Positions 21,967 through 33,242 of a DNA stretch of 64,000 nucleotides are shown here, in pieces; the first letter of the stretch is position 1, and each line of letters starts with the position of its first letter. The stretch is from NCBI GenBank assembly GCA_010093745.1, contig MU006023.1, positions 1 to 64,000 of the forward strand. Reading direction: 5' to 3'. The DNA is from Piedraia hortae CBS 480.64 (lineage: Eukaryota). The position numbers and the translations under genes are program-made. The notes under the pieces are model-generated. The model ran no database searches. It saw only the letters and a list, made by a program, of their open reading frames with translations, and had not been told where the DNA came from.

Positions 21967-22409
21967 TGTCGTGACGTGTGTGGGTATTACACCCGACTCT
22001 GGAGAATTTCGCCGCCTTTGACCGTCTGATCCACTTTTGCTGCTCCCTGTTCGAAATCGAATCGTATCTTGGGCTGTTTGGGGCCTTTTTCTACGCTACC
22101 GCCTGCAAATACAGACATTTTGAAGCGGCTTTTGGTCGTGATAAACCAGCCTCACCCAGCCTCAAACCGCTCAGTCCAACATCTCTCGCAACAACGCGCG
22201 CTCATGACGCGGGACAACGTCGAACAACACTATTGTTATTTGAGACTTCGAGCAGTGCTATTAGCTTACGCCCATCGTCTCTGCACCTGCAGGAACAGGA
22301 TGTCGACTTTGAAAAGTAGATCCTGCTTGATATCTACCTAGTTTCTATAGAGCAACATCCATTCAAGAGCTTCAGCAGCAACCTCTGCAATCTTTGATAC
22401 AGCTGGAAG

Positions 22410-23470
22410 ATAGCCTGCTCTTTTTTTATCCAAGTTTGTCGCCGCCCGTCCTGAACATAGAAAATTCTCGCGTCATGCGTCATAAGATGGATCCATCTTC
22501 TCTCCTCTGGTGGAGATCCAATGATCGCTCCACGCTCGTTCACCTCGGGGACGTACTTACTGACGGAGGCGGGACATGTCTTTGACAAAGGCTCGCCGCT
22601 ACCACATTACGTCCTCGCGCTCATGCCCATCCAGGTAAACGCCTTGGCCCACCCACGCCAGCGATACCCCAACTTCTTCAGCCACACCCGCGCGGTCTCT
22701 ACGCAAATCGTGTCTTTCCTGCTGGCTTGAGCCTCTTCGACCGCATCCAGCTCTCTTTCAATTGAGTAGGCTACACTGGCGCCACCGATTAACTCGCCGA
22801 CGGCTTGGGCCAGTAATCGAGCCGTGATGGCCTCGCCATGTTCTGCCACGAATCGCTGTACGGACATTTGAACGTCCTCGTCCAGGAACAGCGTCAAGAC
22901 TTTGGCATTTCTGCCCTGCTTGCCCTCTGGGGATGTACTGCTTCTGATCCACTCCTTCTCCCAGGATCTCAACTGCTCGGCAAAGTACACGCCTCGGTTA
23001 TTTGCGTTGGCCACCCTTACAAATGTTTCCTTTCGGGTGGCCCCTCCCGGTGTCATCCTGCTGTACAGCAGTTGCAAAACAAAAGCACTCTGCCTTCATC
23101 TGTTCGTTCAGTGAGATATTGCGGGACCGACCGCCGGCCTTTGCCCACAAAAGCCTTGGGAAGGCAAACATCGCTCGGGCTTTGCGGCTTTGGGACGATA
23201 TCTACAAAGGGGCTCTGCTATCGGCTGAGACTGGCGCTTCATCATTGACGTGGCTTTCCCGCATCCTGAAGGGGAAAATGTCATTAGCTTCTTGGTTGTG
23301 TTCTCCACAACGTAGTTTAAAGGCTTGCACATTGTACGTCTTGAGCATAGTACGATGTAGACGGGTAATTTGCGGAGAGACTTCTTCACGATATTTGTTC
23401 TGCAACTCACCAAGGAAAGCACGGGTTGATCGCCGATTGGTCTTTCTGTGTGCCCAGGGAAACTGAGCTC
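22410..23470 (-). pseudogene. Degenerate DDE (IS630/Tc1-mariner-like) transposase
   Basis: Across frameshifts and stops: YFAEQLRSWEKEWI…GKQGRNAK…DEDV…TARVWLKKLGYRW…(K)GVYLDGHEREDV.W*R.AF…IHLMTHDARIFY.QDG. It is truncated after the first catalytic Asp region, and no TIRs were identified. Confidence 0.65.
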
Positions 23471-25092
23471 AATTCTTGTCTTTGGAGAGAAGACAAGAGC
23501 GGGACCAATGTCTCGTTTATGCTTCTGCTCACCGCAGTAGGAGGCACACCTATGTTGCTCCTAGTAAAAGCAACATAGGTGACCCTTGTAGGATGTCACA
23601 TGGCCTGGACAGACGCGGGCGTTGCGGCAGTGACCAAACATGCTCAGCAACGAATACCCGTCGTTCCGGATGCTCCATTGTTAGCCAGATCCACAAGCAC
23701 CCGGGTTGCGAAAAGAGGCCTGGATTGAGCTCGCTAAAACTTGAGCCTGGCTACATTGAAGTGGTACAGGAACTTGATGGGCAGCTGCTCATCAAGGAAG
23801 AAGGCCGAGTATATCCTGAATGGTTTTCCCACTCCCACATGCTGTGGTGATTGGTCTGCCCAACTCTCGTCCATCTTGGAGACCTACTCGTGAAGTGGGA
23901 ATAGGTCCTCAAAGAGAGGCTTGCCAATGCCTAGATCTGAGCAGTGATTAGTCCTTCCCTCATGGTAGAAGTTGGGCAACTTTCAAGTGCTTCCCAGCTT
24001 GCCCCAAAAGCTGGTTCTCTTCGAGGTGGCCTCAAACGTCGGTATCGATGATCCAGCACTAATCGCACCCTGAGTACTCATTAAATGGCCCATTTGAGGA
24101 CTGCCGCGCATTCTTCACAGCTACCTTCGGATTTTGTCACCTATCTAGGGGCTTCATAAGTGATAGCCTGGCACTTGGGAGGTGTGGCTGGCTGGAGATG
24201 TCTTCTTTCAATAACAACTTTTGATTCGGGTCGAGACCATGATGAGATATGGCAGCTGAGATCAATCGAGCTTAGGCAAAAATTCAGTGCACCGGAATAA
24301 TGGTTCCGGCGGACGGAGCTGTTTCCGGTTGGTCGGGAACGCGAACAACATGGAGGTGTGCATTTCTGTGTCGAGTGACGTCAAACTAAGGCTCTCTGAT
24401 CACGTGAAATTAACTCCGACCAAGCCTCCAGGAGTTCAAAACACTGGATCGAGTAAAGTTATGCTAACCGAATTATGATGCGAGGAGTTTGCGGGAGTTT
24501 CCCACCATGTGACCGTTTCCATCGGAGAATTTGGTGGTCGTGAAGCATCTTCTTGGGTAGGGAGGACCCGTTGAATCGTTCATCATGTACTCCTATCAAA
24601 AAAGTCCCAAGTCTTACTAGTAGCCCTTGAACTCTTGAACACCACCAAAGCGTAGATGATCCATAAACCAATCTGTATATTGCAGTAGCGATGTTTGGCG
24701 GATGTTCGGCTGACATTGTTGATCCAATGAAAACGACATCATCCCAGTTGGCATGTGCATAAGCTCACGAACAACCATCGAACTGGCTGTTACACGCGTG
24801 TCAACTGAGTAGTGTGAAAGATTTTCGAAAGACCCAAACAGCCCTTGAAAATGCCACTGTGTCATGGACGTCCCGACCCATTGGTTACCCCAGACTCTTT
24901 CCGCCCTTTCAAGCGCCATAGCCCGTGTATAGCTGACTGAGCTAGCTGCTGGTAGATCGGATACGATCCTTGTCATACCATCTTGCGGACATACTTGAGG
25001 ACGCGTCATCATGCAGCCCTGGGAAAGTTGAGCACATATTGCTTTGAAGGATTCAGTGATCTTCGACTCTTTATTTTCTCCAGTGATTCATC

Positions 25093-28000
25093 ATGGCTAA
25101 GAAGAATAACGATCTCACTGACCATGTGTCTGGCCAATCCAACAGACCTCTGTCGAAACCAGCACATTCATTGACGTGGAACGCAGTTATCCAAGAGCTC
25201 AACACCTCAGCCCTCGATGGCCTTGCCACGTCTGAGGCGAGAAGTCGTTTTGAGGGGTATGGTGGCAACGACCTTGGGGATGCCGATGGAGTCAATCCGG
25301 TAAAGATTCTGGTAAGGCAAGTCGCCAATGCCATGAATCTGGTCCTTTTGCTGGCAATGGCTGTGTCGTTTGGCATTAAGTCATGGATCGAGGGTGGTGT
25401 GACAGCGGCTGTCATTGCCATCAACATTGGCGTAGGCTTCTATCAAGAGTTCCAGGCAGAGAAGACGATGGACAGCTTGCGGTCCATGAGCTCCCCAACG
25501 TCCACTGTCATTCGGGACGGCAAAACGATCAAAATTTCAACCTCTGAAGTTGTTCCGGGCGACATGGTCGAGATCAAGACTGGAGACTCTGTGCCTGCCG
25601 ATATCAGATTGGTTGAGGCCGTCAATCTCGAAACGGATGAGTCTATGCTCACCGGTGAATCATTGCCGATTCACAAGAACGAGGAGAAAACTTTTGACGA
25701 AAAAACCGGACCAGGTGATCGGCTAAACGTTGCATATAGCCAGTCAACCGTCACTAAAGGTCGTGCAACCGGCGTGGTTTTCGCAACGGGCATGTACACC
25801 GAGATTGGCTCCATTGCTGCTGCTCTTCGAAAGAAGGATAGTCGCATTCGCCCGGTCAAGCGCAATGCAAAGGGCCAAGCCAAGCCCCACCGCTATGCCC
25901 AGGCCGGTGTCCTCACCATGACTGACGCTGTTGGAGCATTTCTTGGCATAAGTGTAGGAACGCCTTTGCAGAGAAAGCTCTCACAGTTAGCATGCTATTT
26001 GTTCATCATCGCCGTCATCTTCGCCGTTGTTGTTTTGGCTGCCAACAACTTCCGGTCCAGGCAAGAGGTCATAATTTATGCAGTGGCCACTGGCTTGTCC
26101 ATGATTCCATCCTCGCTTGTCGTCGTATTGACAATAACCATGGCTGCCGGTACCAGACGCATGGTTCAACGCAACGTTATTGTCCGAAACCTCAGGAGTT
26201 TGGAGGCTCTAGGTTGTGTAACGGACATTTGCTCTGACAAAACCGGCACTTTGACGCAAGGCAAGATGATAACCAAGAAGGCTTGGATCCCCAGTTTTGG
26301 TACATTGACAATTGGCGAAACGGATGAACCATTCAACCCAACGAAAGGTGTCTTGACACATTCCTCAAAAGCCCCCAAGGACATGTTGCACGATTCGTGT
26401 TCTGGCGATGAAAAGGAGTATGCCGCTCTCGTTGAAGAGTCAGATGCACTCAAAGAATATCTAAAGGTAGCTACTCTTGCCAATCTTGCAAGAGTTCGCC
26501 AGACTGAGAATGGGTCATGGAACGCTCGAGGCGATCCAACCGAAGTAGCCATCAAAGTCTTCGCCACCCGCTTCCAAAGGATGTCAGGTGATCCTTGGAA
26601 GATGTTGGTGGAGTTTCCCTTTGACTCAACCGTCAAGAAAATGTCCGTAATATACCAAGACAGCTCTGGCGATAGGATGTTCTCCTTTACCAAAGGGGCA
26701 GTAGAGAGAGTCATCACATCCTGCATCCAGTATGAAGCCAATGGTGAAGTGCACGACATGACCGAAGAATATCGAGCATATATCTTGGAAAACATGGAGG
26801 CGTTGGCAGTTCTTGGCCTCCGTTGCTTGGCACTAGCGAGCAAGGAATACACAGAGCCTTACGAGGAGGGCCAAGAGATACCTCGTGACACTATCGAACG
26901 TGACCTCACCTTCCGCGGCCTCATTGGTATCTATGACCCCCCTCGTCCAGAGTCAGCCGACTCGGTCCTAGAATGCCATCAAGCCGGTATTGAGGTGCAC
27001 ATGCTGACTGGTGACCATCCTGGTACCGCAAAGGCCATTGCTTTGGAGGTTGGGATATTGCCAAGCAAGATGTCTGAATTAAGCAAAGATGTGACCGACG
27101 CAATGGTTATGACGGCTGCAGAATTTGACGAACATTCAGATGACGAGATTGACAGGCTACCGGTGCTGCCACTTGTGATTGCGAGGTGTGCTCCAAACAC
27201 GAAAGTGCGCATGATTGAGGCTCTGCACCGACGAAAGAGATTCTGTGCCATGACGGGCGATGGAGTCAACGACTCTCCCTCAATCAAGCGAGCAGATGTG
27301 GTAAGTAGCATATGTCTCCTCCTGCTAACAATACCTGACAAGCCTAGGGAATTGCCATGGGACAAGCCGGTTCCGATGTGGCCAAAGATGCTTCAGATAT
27401 CATCTTGACAGACGACAACTTTGCCAGCATCATTGCGGCCATTGAGGAAGGTAGACGAACATTTGATAATATTCAAAAGTTTGTCTTGCATTTGCTGGCA
27501 CAAAATGTGGCATTGGCCATTGTGTTGTTAGTCGGTCTGGCAGTCAAAGATTCAGAGAACATATCCGTGTTCCCCGTGTCGCCAGTAGAGATCTTGTGGA
27601 TCATCATGATTACCTCTGGCATTCCCGACATGGGCCTTGGATTTGAACGTGCGGCTCCTGATATCATGCAGCGGCCCCCACAGGATCTCAAGCGCGGCGT
27701 CTTCACCACTGAAGTTCTGATTGACATCGCCGTATACGGCATCTGGGTTGCTGCCCTCACTCTCGGCTCTTTTGTGCTCCGCCTATACGGCTTCGGACAC
27801 GGAAACATTGGATATCGCTGCAACGAATCAATCCACGATGGATGTGAAACTGCATTTCGTTCGCGTTCGACATGTTTCGCGCTTGTGACTTGGATGTCCG
27901 TCTTCCTGGCCTGGGAACTCACCGACCCGCGACGTTCCTTTTTCCGCATGCACGAAACAGATCGCTACTTTACGCAGTGGATGCACGACGTCTGGGCAAA

Positions 28001-28295
28001 CAAATTTCTCTTTTACGCCGTGGTCGGCGGTTTCCTCACCCTTTTCGTCATTCTTTACATACCAGGCCTTGACACGGTAGTTTTCAAACACACTGGCATC
28101 AGCTGGGAATGGACAATTGTCTTTATTGCAACCATCCTCTTCTTCATCGGGGTGGAGTCATGGAAATGGGCCAAGAGGGGTTTCTACCGTCGGCGTGCCA
28201 AGGCGAGGGGAGATGGGAGAGAGGAAGACGCACAGATGCGTGTGTTTGAACGTTATCTCTCCAATTCCAGGGAAGTTGGAGGAGAGAAGGTGTGA
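25093..28295 (+). CDS. ENA1: P-type IID Na+/K+-efflux ATPase (ENA family)
   Basis: TGES, DKTGTLTQGKM, KGAVE, MLTGDHPGTA and TGDGVNDSPS motifs plus an ENA-type N-terminus (HVSGQSNRPLSKPAHSL); intron 27301-27347. Confidence 0.93.
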
Positions 28296-29101
28296 TGACT
28301 AATCACGCCACGCGTTCAGAAATGTCGTCCCAACTTCGATGCATTCCATGTGGTTGCTTCATTTCGTGAAGCCACAGCCACCGGAGTTGTAGAGGCTCAA
28401 CGAGATAGATACATAAGTGGTAGATGCTCGTTTTCAGAGCATACTTTACGCCAATTTGACAATTACCCCGGCAAAGGAAACTTGGCACACGAACTACTCA
28501 AACCAAGACAGGCTGGGGTTGGCACGGATTGTGGAGAAAGCAGCCCTTGCGCATTGCTTGTGCGCTACAGCCAACAGAGGCTGTCTCTTTGAATCTGAAG
28601 ATGAGTTGTGGTAAATTTTTTGGGCACCCTTCGGTTTACCACCCTTCTGCTATGTTTTGAGCAGATGTGGCGAGGAGCTCACAATAACACCACTGAGTCC
28701 TGTTCTACCTGACATTTGAAAAATGTCACTGGGCAGAAGCTGGATGGTCAACCAGTTTTTGTTGATTTGCGTCATCCAAGGCACCCGTCCCGAAGAGGGC
28801 TTCCCAAAGACGGCCAACTAGATGCGGTAGTTAGCGCGCTGGAGCAGTGCGTCGCAATAGAAATAGCAGAAGATTCCGACCACTTGGCCCAAAGGATCAA
28901 CCAGCTGCCAACCTTTGGCTAGGCCGGCATTGGTGAGCGATGTCCTGTGTACCCTGAAGGAGCGAAATGTCCCTGAGGGTCCCTGTACCTCATTTGTGTC
29001 ACTCACTCTCATGGACAGCTTACAGGCTGCCGCTCGACAGCCACCAGGCACCACAAGTGCGTTTCCTACCTCAACGTGGCATCGTCCGCAGCCTCGTATG
29101 G

Positions 29102-29128
29102 ATGTTATATTATGTTATGTTATGTTAT
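29102..29128. repeat. (TTATG)n microsatellite
   Basis: atgttatattatgttatgttatgttat lies directly upstream of LINE copy 3. Confidence 0.7.
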
Positions 29129-29135
29129 TGTTCTA

Positions 29136-30467
29136 ACGCCCGAGCCAGGGCTTCCACTACCCAAACAATGCGCAGCCGCACCTTGAGGCTGAGGACAAAA
29201 CTACAACGGGCAGGATTCTTACTGCAAGAGATTGACCGACCCCCTCTGATTGATCGGCGCTTAACCGCCGGATGTCGGTTAGATCCTACGAACGGCAAGT
29301 CCAAAGAAGAGGCCGCAGCACACTTAGTGTCGTGGCTCTCCACCCTACCCTCGTCAGATATCGCGGCGTTCAGCGACGGTTCACAGACGGGCAAATGGGA
29401 CATTGGCTATGGCTACGTCCTCCAACAAGGCGGCCAGTACGTGGGGATGGGCAAGGCGAGGATCGACCCCTGCTCAGCCGTGTTTGACACCGAGGCAGTA
29501 GGTGCGTGGCGCGCCCTAGAGCGGGCTGTTGCACACCGGGAAAGGACAGGACAGGGAAAGATATGGATCTGTGTCGACAACACGGCCGTCATCTGGTGTT
29601 TACGTGCGGATGCCTCTATCTCGTTCCACTGGGCGTTTCAAGCGTTTCACCAAGTTGCCGATGCGCACGACGTCGAAATCAAGTGGTGTCCAGGACATTG
29701 CGACGTCCAGGGCAACGAGACCGCAGACGAACTAGCAAAGGACGGCAGCAAGGGCGATCTGGACCCGGAGGCTGGACCAACGGCCGCTGGCATCAAGTCC
29801 GAGGCCAAGAAGATTCTGGACGACATAGAGAGACAGCACTGGCGGGAGCTGGAAGCGACCCTCTCTGACCTTTAAGACCTGGCGACTCGACCTGGCGACT
29901 CCCGCATGCGGTGCGGGAGAACGCCGAACTCCACCTGGGACGCCCGATCCTTCAGCGCCTTCTGATGCTGAGAACGGGACACGGAGACTTCGCGGCATAC
30001 CATCGCCGCTTCCATCACGACAACGCAGTTCTCAACTGCAGGTGCGACCGACCAAAGGCCCCTGAGCACTTAGTGCATTGCCCGCGCGTTGTTCGCCAGT
30101 GGCGAGTCTGGCCTTGGTTCTGGGATGGACCGAGGCGGATGCTGGATTTCGAAGGGCGGAAGAAGTATCTTGCCGACCTGGTCAGAAGGCCCACAGACTT
30201 TGCCGCGTTTGTTGCCAACACAGGTTTCTTTCGAGAAATCTGTCCGCGCGGCTGAGCAACATCTATGGGAGACACAGGCCGCAGGCTATCCTCGCAATGC
30301 GAAGAAGGACCGCGGCTGGATAACAGTCCTTTGAGGCTCGAGATGCTTGCTAAGGAACCTAACGTATGTAGGTAGACCTAGTTTAGGACGTCCCCATGCC
30401 CTTCGGGAGGCTGCGAATGGCCGTTAGCGGTCATTTCGCCCGGCGTAAAACATCAAATCAATCAATC
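29136..30467 (+). mobile_element. 5'-truncated Tad1-clade LINE, copy 3, with RNase H, zinc finger, 3'UTR and (AATC)n tail; frameshifted
   Basis: RNase H motifs AFSDGS, VFDTEAVGA, ICVDN and KWCPGHCDVQGNETADELAK, then LRTGHGDF…CRC…H…C. A stop/frameshift and a 13-bp tandem duplication lie at 29873-29901. The 5' boundary is approximate. Confidence 0.92.
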
Positions 30468-30984
30468 AGCCATAATGCAGCTGTGGGATGGACAAACAAG
30501 CTAGACCGAAGTATCAGGTAGTTGCTCAATGCGAACATGTCGGGGATTGCCATAAACCATAAAGCGAAGATGTCTAGTCTGCTATATATTCATTGATCAC
30601 TTCAGGGAGTTGCAGAGGGCTTTCCAAACAAAACAACTGTTACAATCGATTTTAATTATTGAGCCGTAGATTAATTTTCATGAATTATGAGCCGCGATAT
30701 GGTGCCCAAGGGAGAAGGCACGCTCGGACAGCGTGCTTGTGGCCGGCAGAGGAAGCACGGAGATCCGGAACATTGTAGGGCCAGTGGTAGCTCATCACGT
30801 GATGGGATATGTGCCCGGGGAGGAATGCAGGCAGTGCCTCGTACGTCGAAAGTCATGCCCATGATGTTGTCAGGCTCTGGGGCCGCCTGCTGCTCCGTCC
30901 ACAACACCAGATCCGAGCCTCTTGCTGCCCGAGACCGGTGCTCGTTCCTTTCTCCGTTGGCCCCCAGAGCAATTAGTGAACTCT

Positions 30985-31336
30985 GCCCGCTCGCCATTAG
31001 GCGATGGCGGCTGTGGCCCTGGTTTTGGCACGGGCCCATGAGGGTACTAGACTACGAAGGGAGGAAAAGATATCATGCCGACCTGGTCAAAAGGCCCGAG
31101 CATTTCGCCATGTTTATGCAGAACACCGATTTTCACCGGAAGATTTGCCCTCGCGGTTAGTGCAGCGATATCGGGCGTCATGAGCTGTACGTTCCCCTTA
31201 CAAGCGAAGGGCGACTACAGGAGGAGACTGATGTGCCCTAGCAACTGTAAATAGCCCTAGTCTAGCATGCCCACATGCCACTTAGGAGGCTGCAGCCGAC
31301 CCTTAGCGGTCGAGCTGCCCGGCGTAAAATAAGACA
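30985..31336 (+). mobile_element. 5'-truncated LINE, diverged sister subfamily (copy 4)
   Basis: CPLAIRRWRLWPWFWHGPMRVLDYEGRKRYHADLVKRPEHFAMFMQNTDFHRKICPRG* is clearly homologous to copies 1-3, and the terminal 74 nt align without gaps. Possible 6-bp TSD AACTCT (30979-84 and 31337-42). Confidence 0.85.
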
Positions 31337-32326
31337 AACTCTCAATGCGCTGTGACAGGCGATGCATCTGCACGGCATAACGAGCTAAAGATCAACGTTT
31401 GCACTCGATGGAACTCAACCCTGGCTTTGATCGACTCTGCCTACGGAGGGCGGGACGCTCTGATGTGGATGGTGGAATAGTTCAGGCTTCGAGACGCCCA
31501 CAGTGCCAGTGAACAGCAATGAACCAAGTTGCAAACCCTCGCAACGGCCCTACGTTAGTTTAACACCGCCACCCGAAACCGCTCTCAGTCCCTTTACCTC
31601 ACTTCTCCACTGGCACTGAGTATCCTCGTCTACGCAAGACAAAAATTTACTAGAATGCACAGCTCAACGACGGACCCGGATCTTCAGCTCTGCCTCATGG
31701 CAATTTTCGGCAAGCTGGACGACTACGACAAGGTCCGCAGCAAGATGGGCTCCCACGCGGCAATGCTCCTAGATCCACGATGCCATTACCGCAATTTTCT
31801 CATCCGCGACCGGTCGGCATCCTTAGATGGCGTGCGAGATTGGTTGAGTGTTACTGGTATTTCTCTATATGGCATTTCTTGAAGAGGTGTTATCTGGAGT
31901 TTTGTAGGGAAATGTAAGCTGGAAACACAGAGAAGGAACCCTTATCCCACAGTGAAATTGACGTCAGAAGGCGACTTGCTATAAGACTGATGATAGCCGA
32001 ATCTGGACATTTGCAAAAAAAGCTGTAGGCGCTGCAGTGGGCTCATAATCTCACTCTTTTGTGTATCACGCACACATGTAATTCTCTGGCAGAGATAGGC
32101 AGAGAATCTCTGCCTTTCTCATTGCCTTGCCACCTTCAACTGCCCCACACCCAGGCCATTTTCTGATTGGTCCAAACCTATGACTTGGGAGCACCCGTGT
32201 GGGTCCGCGGGACAAAATTCCACGCACCAGCAACGAAGTCCCAAACCTCACACCAAAGTATAGCTCAAGCTAACCACACCCCTCTGGCCAAGCTCCCAGT
32301 ACATGCTCCGCCTCCTAGTCGACATC

Positions 32327-33067
32327 ATGGCGCGCAAACCCCGTTTACTCTCTCGACAGGAACAAATCTCTAGAAAACTCTCCTGGCTTCTCCGGCACGG
32401 CGCCGTTGCAGAAGGTCTCCACCTCCATGATGGCGGCTACGCTAAGCTCTCCGAAGTCCTATCCAACCGCAACCTAAAATCCCTCCACGTAACTCTCGAA
32501 GAGGTTGAACAGGTCGTAGCTGAAAACAATAAGCAGCGGTTTAGCCTTTTACGAAATGGTGGTGAGATAGATAAATGGCTGATTCGCGCTAATCAGGGGC
32601 ATAGTATTAACATCGGTACTGAGGGTTTGTTGGAGCCGGTTACAGAGGAGAATTTACCGCAGACAGCTGTTCATGGGACGACGAATCAGGCGTGGGTCAA
32701 GATTGAGGAGTCGGGGGGACTGAAACCTATGGGGCGGAATCATGTGCATTTTGCTACGGGTCTGCCGGAGGGGTTTGGGGAGGGGAATGGTGATGAGGCG
32801 CCTGTTATTTCGGGGATGAGGATGTCGTCTACGGTGCTTATCTTTTTGGATGTGGCGAAGGCGTTGGAGCAGGGTTTAAAGTTGTGGAGAAGTGAGAATG
32901 GGGTTATTTTGACGGAAGGGAATGAGGAGGGGTTGGTGCCATTGTCGTTGTTTGCTCGGGTTGAGCATAGGAAGAAGGGGAAGATCACGGCAGATCCGAC
33001 GAGCGCAAAGCCGAAGAAATCCTCAGGAAAGAAAGTAGAGTCAACGACAGATATCCGCGTCACTTAA
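32327..33067 (+). CDS. TPT1: tRNA 2'-phosphotransferase (Tpt1/KptA)
   Basis: SRKLSWLLRHGA, NNKQRF, IRANQGHS, HGT, MGRNHVHF, SGMR and SENGVILT. Confidence 0.95.
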   Translation: MARKPRLLSRQEQISRKLSWLLRHGAVAEGLHLHDGGYAKLSEVLSNRNLKSLHVTLEEVEQVVAENNKQRFSLLRNGGEIDKWLIRANQGHSINIGTEGLLEPVTEENLPQTAVHGTTNQAWVKIEESGGLKPMGRNHVHFATGLPEGFGEGNGDEAPVISGMRMSSTVLIFLDVAKALEQGLKLWRSENGVILTEGNEEGLVPLSLFARVEHRKKGKITADPTSAKPKKSSGKKVESTTDIRVT

Positions 33068-33242
33068 AGCACATCACGTGGTTGGACAAATTTGGTTCTG
33101 CGCCAAGAACTGATCAACTAGGTGACAGGATTAACTGTAATACCATCTCCACGGTGCATGAGAAATACCTGCCACTACGAAACATGACGGTTGACTGTGA
33201 AGGCGAGCAGCATCTATATCCCAACGTGAATGTAGGTTACGT

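Noticed and set aside
24459..25012. 131-aa minus-strand ORF upstream of ENA1
   Set aside because: No recognisable motif, and the frame is followed by multiple stops.
31655..31882. 75-aa ORF upstream of TPT1
   Set aside because: Short, with no identifiable domain.
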